Source: an archaeon (GTDB taxonomy: Archaea > Iainarchaeota > Iainarchaeia > Iainarchaeales > 1-14-0-10-31-34). From it: a stretch of 64,000 nucleotides of DNA. Positions within the stretch are counted from its first letter, which is position 1. Every line of letters begins with the position of its first letter. The stretch lies in the NCBI GenBank assembly GCA_043815885.1, contig JBDRIL010000029.1:1-64000 (forward strand), in the 5' to 3' direction. Under the pieces are notes generated by a model. That model did no database searches, was not told the DNA's origin, and worked only from the letters and a program-made list of their open reading frames with translations. This document shows positions 47,973-58,293 of the stretch, one piece after another. Both the position numbers and the translations under genes were made by a program.

Positions 47973-48835
47973 AAATAGAATGGAATGAATTCTTGAAAAA
48001 ATCAGCAGAGGAAAACAGGAATATTGTCTGCATGGGGATTGACCCGGTAATAGAAAAAATAGAGAAAGTAGCAAAAGGAAAAAATATTGAGGAAAGGTTA
48101 TTCAATTTTTATTCTGAAATAATTGAGGAAGCAAAGAAAGAAGGAGTTTTGCCTGCAACAGTTAAACCCAATTATGCTTTTTTCGCGCAATACGGTTTTG
48201 AGGGAATGAAGGCATTAAAGAAATTAATAGAAAAATTTAAGGAAGAAGGAGTTCCAGTTATTTTTGACGGAAAGAGGGCAGACATTGGAAAGAGTTCTGC
48301 TGCTTACGCGAGAGAATTATTTGATTTCTGGGAGGCTGACTCCATTACAGTCAATCCATTCATGGGCTCGGATTCAGTTGAACCATTCATTAAGTATTGT
48401 GAGGAAAAAGGGAAAGGAGTGCATCTATTAAACAGAACCTCCAATCCAGGAGCAAAGGATTTCCAGAATTTAATGGTTGAAGGAAAACCATTGTATCTGA
48501 AGGTATCAGAGAAAGTAATTGAATGGAGTGAAAACGCAAAAGGAAATTTGGGAGTGGTGATAGGAGCAACATCTCTGGATGAATTAAAGGAGATTGCCAA
48601 ATTTTTTGTTGATTCAGGAAAAGAGATTCCATTGCTTATTCCCGGTGTTGGAGCACAAGGCGGAAGCGCAAGAGAAGTTACAGAGGCACTGAAAAAAAAC
48701 AATTATGATTTGAGTTTAGTGAGGATTAATTCTTCAAGCGGAATAAATTATGCTTTTGAGAAAAAGGATTCCAAAGATTTCAGCGGAGAGGCAGTGAAGG
48801 CATTAAAGGAATTAATTAAGGAAATAAATTACTGA
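47969..48835 (+). CDS. pyrF: Orotidine-5'-phosphate decarboxylase
   Basis: CMGIDP, DGKRADIG, RTSNP, VIGAT, PGVGAQGG, NSS. Confidence 0.96.
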   Translation: MKIEWNEFLKKSAEENRNIVCMGIDPVIEKIEKVAKGKNIEERLFNFYSEIIEEAKKEGVLPATVKPNYAFFAQYGFEGMKALKKLIEKFKEEGVPVIFDGKRADIGKSSAAYARELFDFWEADSITVNPFMGSDSVEPFIKYCEEKGKGVHLLNRTSNPGAKDFQNLMVEGKPLYLKVSEKVIEWSENAKGNLGVVIGATSLDELKEIAKFFVDSGKEIPLLIPGVGAQGGSAREVTEALKKNNYDLSLVRINSSSGINYAFEKKDSKDFSGEAVKALKELIKEINY

Positions 48836-48839
48836 TTTT

Positions 48840-50462
48840 GTGGGGGCAGGGAAAATGAAGGAGGAAAAAGGGACTGGTTCTGCATTAACGCTTAGAGCTC
48901 TCTTATTTGGAGCATTTCTTTCAATCATTGTTGCAAGCTATTCTGCCTATGCAGGATTAAAGATTGGGGGGGTTTACTGGCCGATAGTCACTACCTCCCT
49001 TATTTCAATGGTTTTCTTTCTCTTTCTTGGAAAAACAAATGTAAATGAAATTAATGTTGCCCAGACAGCTGGAAGCGCTGGAGGACTGCTTGCAGCAGGA
49101 ATCATCTTCACTATCCCGGCAATATGGATGTTGGGATTGGAGATAACTTTATTGGAAATATTCCTGATTTCATTGATTGGAGGAATTACCGGAATAATTT
49201 TTTCTATCCCTCTCAGAAAAAAAATGATTGAGGAAGACAAGCTTCCTTATGCTGACGGAACCGCGGCAGCAGCACTGATTAAAGCAGGGGATGAGGGAGG
49301 AAAGAAAGCAAGAATTTTATTCTATGCATTTGGAATAGGGGCAGTTTTTTCTTTTATCAGGGATTTCCTGCAATGGATTCCTGCAGCAATTAATCTGGAT
49401 ATGATGAAAGCAGGAATAGCAAAAATATTTTCTTTTGGTTCAAGTGTTTCACTGATTCCTTTTGCAGGGGGATTCTTGATTGGGCCAAGGTTCACTGCTG
49501 CATGGTTTCTTGGAGCGATAATAACTTACTTCGTAATAATTCCTTATTATGTTTCCACTGGATTGATTGCAGAAAAGTTTGCAGTACTGGCTGAAATTGC
49601 AAGGCCTTTGGGGGTGGGAATAGTTATTGGTTCAGCAATAATGTATTTCATTATCAAGGGAATTCCTTCCCTGAAGAAGCTGTTTTCAAGCTGGAAAGAC
49701 GCAAAAACAGGAAAGCTTTCAGGAATTGCATTGATTTTCGCGGTTGGGATCCTTACAATAATCACTAACATGAATCTTCCATTGGCGATTATTGCAATTG
49801 TCGGCGCATTCCTGATGGCCTTTGTTGGAGCTAGAGTAACTGGAGAAATGAATGTCGATCCAATGGAGATATTTGCAATGATTGTACTGCTTATTGCAAA
49901 GATATTCTTTGGATTCAATGCAATCTATCTGGTAATGGTTGCAGCAGTGGTATGCATTGCAGCAGGAGTAGCAGGAGACCTGATGCAGGACCTAAAGACA
50001 GGATTCATTCTTAAAACAAAACCAGAACACCAGGTTATCGCACAACTTGTAGGAATAATTACTGCTTCCTGCGTAATCGGAATAGTTTTATTCGCAATAA
50101 AACCCTACGGTTTTGGAGGATTGGAATTTCCCGCGCCACAGGCAATAGCAGTAAGCGAAGTTTTGGGCCCTGCTTTCTTAAGCTTTCCTTTATTGGTTGG
50201 AGTGTTGTTGGGGATAATTGCTACACTCATTACTTCTTTGATTCTGAAAATGGGAATTATTCCAATTGCTTTTGGAATCGGATTGTATGTACCGATTGAA
50301 TTGTCTCTTCCTTTATTCATTGGAGGAATGATTAGGCTGGTTGCTGACAGGAAAAAAATAACTGAAAAGGCAAGGTTAGTTGCAGCAGGAGTGATTAGCG
50401 GAGAAGCATTAATCGGGGTAATAATTGCGATTGCCGGGCTTGTTGGGGGAATGCTTGCGTGA
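48840..50462 (+). CDS. OPT family oligopeptide transporter
   Basis: LTLRA, YAGLKIG, EINVAQT, FTIPA, QDLKTG, PAPQA; many TM helices. Confidence 0.9.
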   Translation: MGAGKMKEEKGTGSALTLRALLFGAFLSIIVASYSAYAGLKIGGVYWPIVTTSLISMVFFLFLGKTNVNEINVAQTAGSAGGLLAAGIIFTIPAIWMLGLEITLLEIFLISLIGGITGIIFSIPLRKKMIEEDKLPYADGTAAAALIKAGDEGGKKARILFYAFGIGAVFSFIRDFLQWIPAAINLDMMKAGIAKIFSFGSSVSLIPFAGGFLIGPRFTAAWFLGAIITYFVIIPYYVSTGLIAEKFAVLAEIARPLGVGIVIGSAIMYFIIKGIPSLKKLFSSWKDAKTGKLSGIALIFAVGILTIITNMNLPLAIIAIVGAFLMAFVGARVTGEMNVDPMEIFAMIVLLIAKIFFGFNAIYLVMVAAVVCIAAGVAGDLMQDLKTGFILKTKPEHQVIAQLVGIITASCVIGIVLFAIKPYGFGGLEFPAPQAIAVSEVLGPAFLSFPLLVGVLLGIIATLITSLILKMGIIPIAFGIGLYVPIELSLPLFIGGMIRLVADRKKITEKARLVAAGVISGEALIGVIIAIAGLVGGMLA

Positions 50463-51265
50463 TTGGAATAGATTTCGGGGCTTCCTATATTGATTTAGTG
50501 CAATTTAAAGGAAAAAAATTAATCAGTAAGGTTTCCTTCAAAACAGAAAAGAATTCCTTCAATAAATTAAAGAAACTACTCAGAAGAAAGGAATTTGAAG
50601 GAGAAGAGGTATTTATTACCGGAGGGAAGGCGGGAGATAAACGAATTCTAAAATTGCTTAAAGGATTTAAAGTAGAAAGAGTGGATGAAATAAATGCAAT
50701 TGGAGAGGGAGCAAGATTTCTCTCAAAAAAGAAGAATTTCCTTACAGTGAATATTGGAACTGGAACGCCTTTTGTTTTTGTTAAGGGAAAAAAAATAATT
50801 CATTTAGGCGGGACAGGCTTAGGCGGAGGAAGTTTAGAAGGATTAGGCAAGATTTTATTGAACAAGAGAGTGGAAGAATTGGAGGAAGTAGGAAGAAAAG
50901 GAAAACTGGAATTGGATTTAAAGGTAAAAGATATTATTGGAAAGGGAATTGGAATAATTCCTGCTGATGCGACTGCAAGCAATTTCGGGAAAGCAATGAA
51001 AATAAAAGTAAAAAGAGAAGAAATTGCCTTGTGTTTGCTTAATTTAATGGCAGAAGGAATTGGAGTAATGAGTGTGTTTGCTGCAAGAAGCAGTGGATGC
51101 AGTGAAATTGTTTTCACTGGGAGGGTTACCGCAAAAAACAAGTTCATCCGGGAAAGAATAAAAAAAGTAATGAAGCTGTTTAACAACAAAGGAGTCTTTC
51201 CTTCAAATGCTGAATATGCTACAGCAATTGGAGCTATTGTATCAAATATGAAGAATTTATCTTAA
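50459..51265 (+). CDS. Type II (Fumble/CoaW-like) pantothenate kinase
   Basis: IGIDFG, ITGG, VDE, VNIGTG, GGTGLGGG, DLKVKDI, TASNFGK, AIGA. Confidence 0.85.
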   Translation: MIGIDFGASYIDLVQFKGKKLISKVSFKTEKNSFNKLKKLLRRKEFEGEEVFITGGKAGDKRILKLLKGFKVERVDEINAIGEGARFLSKKKNFLTVNIGTGTPFVFVKGKKIIHLGGTGLGGGSLEGLGKILLNKRVEELEEVGRKGKLELDLKVKDIIGKGIGIIPADATASNFGKAMKIKVKREEIALCLLNLMAEGIGVMSVFAARSSGCSEIVFTGRVTAKNKFIRERIKKVMKLFNNKGVFPSNAEYATAIGAIVSNMKNLS

Positions 51266-51386
51266 TTAAACAGAATTTTTATTCCGTTATTTTTTTCCTC
51301 GAATATATCCGTCTTTTTTTATTTTATCCATGGTTTTTTTTGGCAAATCCTTTAGATGGTCTGGCGCTTTAGCCTTAGATTGAGTT

Positions 51387-51662
51387 CTATTTCCTCTTGC
51401 GTTTGGTCCTTTTGCCTTTTTCGTACAAACTTGCGGAATTGCCCACAGCCAACACACTTCCTGTAGAAACTTCTTCAGGTTTAGGCCACTCTCCTTTAAG
51501 CTTACGGCGGTCTATTCCTCTAACTTCAACTTTTTGGCCTCCAATATTCATAGTTGCCTCAAATTGAACAACTTTTTTTCTATTAGGACCTTTAACTACA
51601 CGCAATGTATAGTTTCTTCTTTGGTTTCTTCTACCCTTAGGCCCAGGTCTTTTTGCCGGCAT
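51387..51662 (-). CDS. Hypothetical Arg/Lys-rich small protein
   Basis: GAGGTGA SD upstream of ATG; no known motif. Confidence 0.65.
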   Translation of the reverse strand: MPAKRPGPKGRRNQRRNYTLRVVKGPNRKKVVQFEATMNIGGQKVEVRGIDRRKLKGEWPKPEEVSTGSVLAVGNSASLYEKGKRTKRKRK

Positions 51663-51771
51663 TCATTTATCACCTCTACTTAAAAGTAAAGGCTTTTCTA
51701 ATATAAAAAAGGATTAGTCAGAAATAGCTTTTTAAATTAGAATAACGTATTCTTTTTCAGAGGAGAGGAAA

Positions 51772-53292
51772 ATGGAGAAGTACGCTCAAAAGATGAAGGC
51801 AAAGCTGTTTGATATCAAGGCAGGAAAGTATATTTCCATAATCCATGAGATTGATGCAAAGGAATTAGGGATCTTTAAGCTTGACAGGATTGAAATATTT
51901 AACCCAAGGACAAGGAAAAGGATTGTAACTGTAGCGGATTTAACTGATTCAGAGGTAAAAGAGAATGAGATTGGATTGTTTGATGATGTGAGAAGGGAAT
52001 TGGGCGCAAGAGCAAAAGAGAAACTGATTATCAAGGCTGTTTGCCGCCCTAAAAGCGTTGAATTCATTAAAAAGAAGGTTGACGGAAATGCATTGAGCGA
52101 GGAAGAAATAATTGCGGTAGTGAATGACATCAATGACAATAAACTGAGTGAAATCGAAGCCTCAGCATTTCTTTCAGCCGTATTTATTCATGGATTTACC
52201 TTGAATGAAACTGTTGCAATGACTAAAGCAATAATAAAGAATGGAAGCAGGCTTTCCCTGGGAAAAAAACATGTTGTGGACAAGCACTGCATTGGAGGAA
52301 TAAACGGAAGAAGCACAATGATTATTGTTCCAATAGTAGCTTCATGCGGATGCTTTATTCCAAAGACTTCTTCCCGTTCAATTACTTCTTCTGCCGGAAC
52401 CGCAGATACAATGGAAGTGCTTGCCCCTGTCTCACTTTCAATTAAAAAAATAAAGAAAATAACCTCCAGGCTTGGAGGGGTTATTGCATGGGGCGGGGCA
52501 ATTGATTTGGCTCCAGTGGATGACAAAATAATTCAGTTGGAACATCCATTAATGCTTAATCCTCCGGAACAAATCATTGCATCAGTAATGGCAAAGAAGG
52601 CTTCAGTCGGGGCAAAGTATGTTGTAGTGGATATCCCTATCGGAAGAGAGGTAAAGATAAAGACAGTTGAAGAAGGGGAAGAAATGGCAAGGAAATTCAT
52701 TGAAGTAGGAAAAAAATTTGGGATAAAAGTGGAAGTAATTTTAACCAATGGAGAGAATCCAAGCGGAAGGGCTTTTGGGCCTGCACTGGAAGCAAAATAC
52801 GTAATGGAGATACTGGAAGGAAAGTTTTTTGATGAGTTGGCTGAAAAGAGCTGCAGGCTGGCAGGAAGTCTATTGGAGTTAGCAGGAAAGGAAAAGAAAG
52901 GAAAGGGAATGAATAAGGCAAAAAAGACACTTCTTTCAGGAAAGGCTTTAAATAAGATGAGGGAAATCATTAAGGCGCAGGGAGGAAAGATTTTTTCCTC
53001 TGAACAGGTAAAGCTGAGCCCGCTAAAAGAAAAAGTTTATTCAAAGAGCGAGGGAGAAATAAAAAACATTAATGTAAAGACATTGAATGACATTGCAAAG
53101 ATTGCTGGAGCGCCAGCACACAAGAAGGCAGGGGTAATGCTTTTTGTGGATGAAGGACAAATGATAAGAAAGGGAGACATATTGTTTGAGGTGTATGCAG
53201 AAAACAAGAGAAAACTGGAATTAGCGGTAAAAGCAGCAAAGGAAACAAAAGCAATTGAAATGGATGACACAATAATAGAGAAAATATGTTGA
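51772..53292 (+). CDS. AMP phosphorylase (thymidine phosphorylase family, archaeal long form)
   Basis: DKHCIGG, PKTSSRSITSSAGTAD, AWGGA..LAPVDD, N-terminal double-psi-barrel-like domain. Confidence 0.93.
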   Translation: MEKYAQKMKAKLFDIKAGKYISIIHEIDAKELGIFKLDRIEIFNPRTRKRIVTVADLTDSEVKENEIGLFDDVRRELGARAKEKLIIKAVCRPKSVEFIKKKVDGNALSEEEIIAVVNDINDNKLSEIEASAFLSAVFIHGFTLNETVAMTKAIIKNGSRLSLGKKHVVDKHCIGGINGRSTMIIVPIVASCGCFIPKTSSRSITSSAGTADTMEVLAPVSLSIKKIKKITSRLGGVIAWGGAIDLAPVDDKIIQLEHPLMLNPPEQIIASVMAKKASVGAKYVVVDIPIGREVKIKTVEEGEEMARKFIEVGKKFGIKVEVILTNGENPSGRAFGPALEAKYVMEILEGKFFDELAEKSCRLAGSLLELAGKEKKGKGMNKAKKTLLSGKALNKMREIIKAQGGKIFSSEQVKLSPLKEKVYSKSEGEIKNINVKTLNDIAKIAGAPAHKKAGVMLFVDEGQMIRKGDILFEVYAENKRKLELAVKAAKETKAIEMDDTIIEKIC

Positions 53293-53293
53293 G

Positions 53294-54109
53294 TCATTCA
53301 ATTAATTCATTGAATATTTCCACTAATTGCTTTGTTTCAAGCAAATAAACCTTTTCTTCGCTTAATTCCAATCCATCTGATTTTTTTTCATTCAAATTCA
53401 TTCTTTCTTTCAGGAACGGAAGGGAATTCCTTAATGCAGCAGAGAGATTTTTTTTCTTGTAACGAAAAATGGTTTTAATGAATTCAGTAAAGAGTTGGTC
53501 GTCAATTGCTTCACCAAACCTTTTATTCCAATTCAATTTAATTATGGAGGAAGAAGTCGGAGGACAAGGATAAAAAGAGGAAGGAGAAATTCCCTCAATA
53601 AAAGACGTTTCACAGAAGTAATCATTCAGTACAGACAAGGCAATGTATTCCCTGAAGCCGGGTTCGGCTGAAAGCTTTCCAGCGAATTCCCTCTGAAACA
53701 ACATTACAGCTGAATCAAATTTGAGTTCATAGAGCTTAAACATTATATCCGAAGAAATGTGGTACGGAGGAGAGGAAACAACCTTATTGAAGGAAGGAAT
53801 TTCTTCTTTCAAGAAATCACCTTCAATTAAATTAATCCTGTCAGATTTTATCTCGTTTTTTAGTACTTCAGCTAATGTCTCGTCTCTTTCCACTGCAATT
53901 ACTTTACAGCCTTTTTCAAGAATCTTTTTAGTCAAAAAACCTGTTCCAGCACCAATCTCTAAAACAATATCTTTCTCGTTTAGGCTTGCCTGTTCTACCA
54001 TTTCATTCAATACATTTTCATTGATTAAGAAGTTCTGAGAGAGTTTCTTTTTGGATTTGAAATGATATTTTACTGAAAGATTGTTTAATTCATTCAATAA
54101 ATCAGTCAT
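53294..54109 (-). CDS. ksgA: 16S rRNA adenine dimethyltransferase
   Basis: SQNFL, LEIGAGTG, SSPPYHISS, QREFA. Confidence 0.95.
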   Translation of the reverse strand: MTDLLNELNNLSVKYHFKSKKKLSQNFLINENVLNEMVEQASLNEKDIVLEIGAGTGFLTKKILEKGCKVIAVERDETLAEVLKNEIKSDRINLIEGDFLKEEIPSFNKVVSSPPYHISSDIMFKLYELKFDSAVMLFQREFAGKLSAEPGFREYIALSVLNDYFCETSFIEGISPSSFYPCPPTSSSIIKLNWNKRFGEAIDDQLFTEFIKTIFRYKKKNLSAALRNSLPFLKERMNLNEKKSDGLELSEEKVYLLETKQLVEIFNELIE

Positions 54110-54117
54110 AAAAAGAA

Positions 54118-54687
54118 TTAACGTCCCTTCCTGAATTCATCCTGCTTTGAGGGAGGCCTAACAAAAAGATAATGCTTTAGTGAAGGTTCCCCTAACTCAA
54201 GCATTATTCTCTTCACTAAGAGATTCACTGGATTAGGCATTAAATTCACTCTCTTAGCCAATCCCTCAAAGGACTCAAATGGCTTCTTTTCTCTTTCCTT
54301 CAATATATTGAACATGTGCTTTTTCCCCAAACCAGGGAGAAGCTCTAATTGATGCATTCTAATGGTTATCGGTCTAGCGTTATTAAAGAAATCAATGAAT
54401 CTCTTTGGTTCAGAGAGAATGATTTTCTCTATTGCCTTCTCTATTTCAGCCATAGAATTATTGGTTAAGTCATCAAAGAAAATCCTTTTCTTAATGTACT
54501 GTACCTTGTCCCTTTCCTCTTTTCCAACATAAACTTCTTCTATTGTTTTTAAGGGAGACTTTGGGATTATTTCAAGTAAAGTAAAGAATTCCTTCCCAAT
54601 AACCTGAGCAATTGGATCACTCTTAAAAGAACTGCTCTTTCCGCTAGGCAGGTAATCCAATACCACTGCTGTTTCTTCATTAGGCAT
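54118..54687 (-). CDS. DUF655 putative RNA-binding protein
   Basis: VLDYLP.G, FTLLE, RMHQLELLPGLGKK; conserved rpl21e-rpo4-DUF655-ksgA order. Confidence 0.93.
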   Translation of the reverse strand: MPNEETAVVLDYLPSGKSSSFKSDPIAQVIGKEFFTLLEIIPKSPLKTIEEVYVGKEERDKVQYIKKRIFFDDLTNNSMAEIEKAIEKIILSEPKRFIDFFNNARPITIRMHQLELLPGLGKKHMFNILKEREKKPFESFEGLAKRVNLMPNPVNLLVKRIMLELGEPSLKHYLFVRPPSKQDEFRKGR

Positions 54688-54720
54688 AATGAATCAATTC
54701 CCCCCCTCTCTCCCATTAAT

Positions 54721-55095
54721 TTATTTCTTCTTTTTCTTTTTTATTTTTACTACCTGGCTTCTATCATAATCTTTTTTAATCAATTTAATTATTTCATCGT
54801 GTTTTTCAACAGGAAGCTTTGAGCCTTTTGGAAGCATTAAAAGAAGCAATTCCTTAGTATCAGGAAGAATATCAACTAACTTTATTGCTATCTCGTCATT
54901 TACTCCCTCTATTTTTTTTAGTTCCTGCAATAATTTTTCTGCCTTTGCCTTGGTTAAGTGAGAAAACTTTTCAGCATGCTTTAAGGTTAAACCTTGCTCA
55001 TAGGAAAGCTCTCCTTCCTTTGCTCTCTCTCTCAATAATTCCTTTACTTCAACCAATGGAATGATTTTTTTGTCCAAAACCTTTTCTTCCATCAT
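54721..55095 (-). CDS. rpo4: RNA polymerase subunit Rpo4 (F)
   Basis: LSYEQ...HAEKF, KLVDILP; synteny. Confidence 0.92.
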   Translation of the reverse strand: MMEEKVLDKKIIPLVEVKELLRERAKEGELSYEQGLTLKHAEKFSHLTKAKAEKLLQELKKIEGVNDEIAIKLVDILPDTKELLLLMLPKGSKLPVEKHDEIIKLIKKDYDRSQVVKIKKKKKK

Positions 55096-55110
55096 TTATT
55101 GCCACTTCCT

Positions 55111-55410
55111 TTAATTCGCTTCCTTTATAACCAATTTCTTTAAATGCACTGGATGCACAATAACCCTCTTTCTCATGTTTCCGTCTTTAAGGGAAACAAT
55201 ATAACAGCTTCCTCTCCTTCGCTCAACCCTTCCAGTCTTTCCCTGAAACCTGTGATGGGGCAAACCAGAATGAATAGCGCTATTGATGCTTATCTGGACT
55301 ATATCCTCTTCATCAAATTCTTCCAGTAATTTATTCACTGTGGGCTTTCCTTTTCCTTTCATCTTATCTCTCTGCTTTGCTCTCTTTCCTTTTGCTTTTT
55401 TATTAGGCAT
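55111..55410 (-). CDS. rpl21e: 50S ribosomal protein eL21
   Basis: HSGLPHHRFQGKTG, VHPVHL. Confidence 0.96.
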   Translation of the reverse strand: MPNKKAKGKRAKQRDKMKGKGKPTVNKLLEEFDEEDIVQISINSAIHSGLPHHRFQGKTGRVERRRGSCYIVSLKDGNMRKRVIVHPVHLKKLVIKEAN

Positions 55411-55520
55411 AAAAATCCACCACCTATATCTAACTAAATCTAATCAAACTAATAATCTACTACCCAGAAAAATGTTTAATAATGTATTCCTTAGAAGCCT
55501 AAGTATAAATTAGAGTGATT

Positions 55521-56810
55521 TTATTCGTATCTTAACGCTTCAACTGGTTTTAGTTTTGCTGCGGCTCTTGCAGGCATTACTCCTGAAACCATTCCGATTG
55601 CAGTGGATAAAACTATGGCAATTATGATTAGTTGAGGAGATACAAATGTATTTAATCCGCCCCTCATCATTGGCATTGCCATGATTCCAATCAATGATAT
55701 TCCAACTGATACAAGTGTACCAAGTAATACTCCGATTAATCCCCCCACCAAACCAAACAACCCTGACTCTATTATGAATAGCCTCAATATTTCGTTGTTT
55801 GTAGAACCCAATGCCTTCAGTATGCCTATCTCTCTTGTTTTTTCCAGTACTGAAGTAAACATACTGTTTGCTACGCCTATTGCCCCAACAAGTAATGAAA
55901 TTGCTGCAATTGCCCCCAGAAATAGTGTAAGTGTTCCTGTGATGGAACTTACCTGTTCTTGAATTGCCTGAGTGGATGAAACAGTAAAATCCTGGGTTTG
56001 TTCGGTTACCCTTCTTGAAAGCATCAGTGATTCAGTGATTTCCTGAGTTACTTCTTCAGCCATTTCTGCATCAATTACCTTTACCTGAATTGAAGAAAAA
56101 GTGTCTTTATTTAAGTCTGTTACAGTCCAGGCACTATTCAGTGACATGTAAACTGTTGAATCAGAGTTACTGAAACTAAACCCTCCCCCACCGGTTCCTT
56201 CCAGGATTCCAACCACAGTAAAAGGCTTGTCTTCTATTGTTATTCTTCTCCCCAATGTAATTGGTTGCTTAAACATTTCATTGGCTATCCTGTCACCAAT
56301 CACTACTGCCGTTAAATCGCTTGCAGTTAAGTATCTTCCTGAAGCAAGCTCCAGATTAGAGGTTTCCTTCCATGTATTTGGATTTACTCCCTGAATGCTG
56401 ACAGAAGACTTTTCTGCCAGAAATACTAGTTCTCCTCTTCCAGAAACAATTTCAGTTACATACAAAATATTTGGATTTCCACTGATTGTTACTGCATCCC
56501 TTTTTGTCAGTGTTGGATCTTCGGTTGAGGAGGAAGTAGTTTGAGCGTTATCCCTGCCTCCTGAAGACATGCCCCCCCGAAAAGCCCCTCCAAAAGCTCC
56601 TGCCTGGCTATATCCTGGGGTGACTGTTATCATGTCCGCCCCTAACCCAGAAAGACTTTCAGTTACACTTGCCTGGGCGCCCTCTCCAATTGAAATAATT
56701 GAAACAACTGCCGCAACACCAATAACGATTCCCAAAAGAGTCAACCAGGAACGAAGCCTTCTGTGGAGTATGCTGTTGAATGATAATTTGAAGGAGTTAG
56801 TTATATTCAA
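55521..56810 (-). CDS. MacB/FtsX family ABC permease
   Basis: RSWLTLLGIVIGV, SVLEKTREIGILKALG, PARAAAKLKPVEALRYE. Confidence 0.95.
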   Translation of the reverse strand: MNITNSFKLSFNSILHRRLRSWLTLLGIVIGVAAVVSIISIGEGAQASVTESLSGLGADMITVTPGYSQAGAFGGAFRGGMSSGGRDNAQTTSSSTEDPTLTKRDAVTISGNPNILYVTEIVSGRGELVFLAEKSSVSIQGVNPNTWKETSNLELASGRYLTASDLTAVVIGDRIANEMFKQPITLGRRITIEDKPFTVVGILEGTGGGGFSFSNSDSTVYMSLNSAWTVTDLNKDTFSSIQVKVIDAEMAEEVTQEITESLMLSRRVTEQTQDFTVSSTQAIQEQVSSITGTLTLFLGAIAAISLLVGAIGVANSMFTSVLEKTREIGILKALGSTNNEILRLFIIESGLFGLVGGLIGVLLGTLVSVGISLIGIMAMPMMRGGLNTFVSPQLIIIAIVLSTAIGMVSGVMPARAAAKLKPVEALRYE

Positions 56811-56816
56811 TTTCAG

Positions 56817-58290
56817 TCACTTCTTTGGTTTTTTGAGGGAACTCATTCCTCCCCTAAAAAGTGAAGTGACTTGGCTTTTGTAAAAGAACCAAGCCAGCAA
56901 AAACAGTGAAACTACGCTTACAGCCAGTACTGCTATGAGGTCTGAACCCAGCAAAAATATCACTGCAAGGAATAAAATTGCTATTACTGCAAGTATTTTG
57001 GATAATTTTTTCCATTCCTTGTTTCCTGCCTTGAACTTATTAAAGGCAATTGCACCGCCAACAATTAACACAAGCAAAATCCATGAAGCAAATGCAAATT
57101 CATTTGCAGAGGTTTTTTTAAGGCCACTCAACTGTGTATCGGAAGAAGCTGGAGTTAGCTGTACCTGTTTCTGAATGCTTTGCCTTTCTCCGGTTGTATC
57201 AGTATAATCTATCCCCAAAAGCAGAGTTCTTGCTTCTCTAATTCCTTCAAATGCATTGCTGTCTTGTGGGTTTTGCTGCATTCCTTGTCTGCCTCCAAAC
57301 CCGCTTGTGTCTCCCTGCAATGAAGTGGTTCGCATCTGGAAATTCGCTAAAGTAAAGTCTCCTTTATTCAGGTTACCGAGTATTGCTGTATTGCTTCCGC
57401 TGATAGTTATTCCTTCCTGTTTCGGGATTCTTACAACCACTGCTCCTGCATTGTTTGAGCCAATGTTTGCAATACTGATTGAAAGCTGCCCAGTATTCAT
57501 TATTTCTGCACTTACTTCAAAATCAGTTGCCCCTCCAATTATTAATCCTACCTGGGATTTTTGAGTTCTTATCCCACTGACATCAGTGAAAGCCATATTT
57601 ATATCCAATGGATAGATTCCTGTTGTAATATTGGGGTCTGCAGCAACAATGTATGAAACCTTTGCTTCTTGGTTTGGCTGTAAAACTGAAACATATCTCT
57701 TGTTGTCCGAACCTAAAGGAAGAACTAAATCATTTTTTTCTTTCCATGAAAAAGAAATATTTGATACTGCTGTACCGCCAATGTTTTTAATAGTGAAAAA
57801 TAATTCTGTCTGGTTGCCTGGATTTATTACCTTGGGTTCAAGCCTTACATCAAGGTTCTTCTCTGTCTCTGAAACCGGAACCAGAATGCTTTGCGATTGT
57901 GTTATTGATTCTTCTACATCCCCTCTTTGATAATTCATTGTCAGAAACAAAGGATAATAGCCGGGAAGAGTGTCCTCTTTTACCCTGAACTTGAAGATAA
58001 GGGTTTTAGTTGAACCTGCTTTCACCGAATCCACACTGTCATTTAAGTCTATTGGTTCAATTTGGTCGCTGACATCAAGAAAAGCTTCCAGGTTAACAAT
58101 CGGGGTAACGGTTCCCTTGTTTTCAATGTCCACTACAAGACTTACAACGTCTCCAGCATGAATTGTTGAAGGCAAAAAGCTTGTTCCACTGACTTCAATC
58201 AAGAAAGCCAAGTCAGCGTGGGCTGACTGAAATCCAATCAATCCAATCAAAAAAACCAACAGAATTGAACTAATTTCCTTTTTTTTTCAT
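56817..58290 (-). CDS. COG1361-like S-layer-domain protein; 5' end apparently frameshifted in an A9 tract
   Basis: Three Ig-like repeats (PG.Y.L motifs), C-terminal TMs; GGAGG SD and ATG at 58290 are one base out of frame with track ORF 56817..58259. Confidence 0.75.
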
Positions 58291-58293
58291 TTT

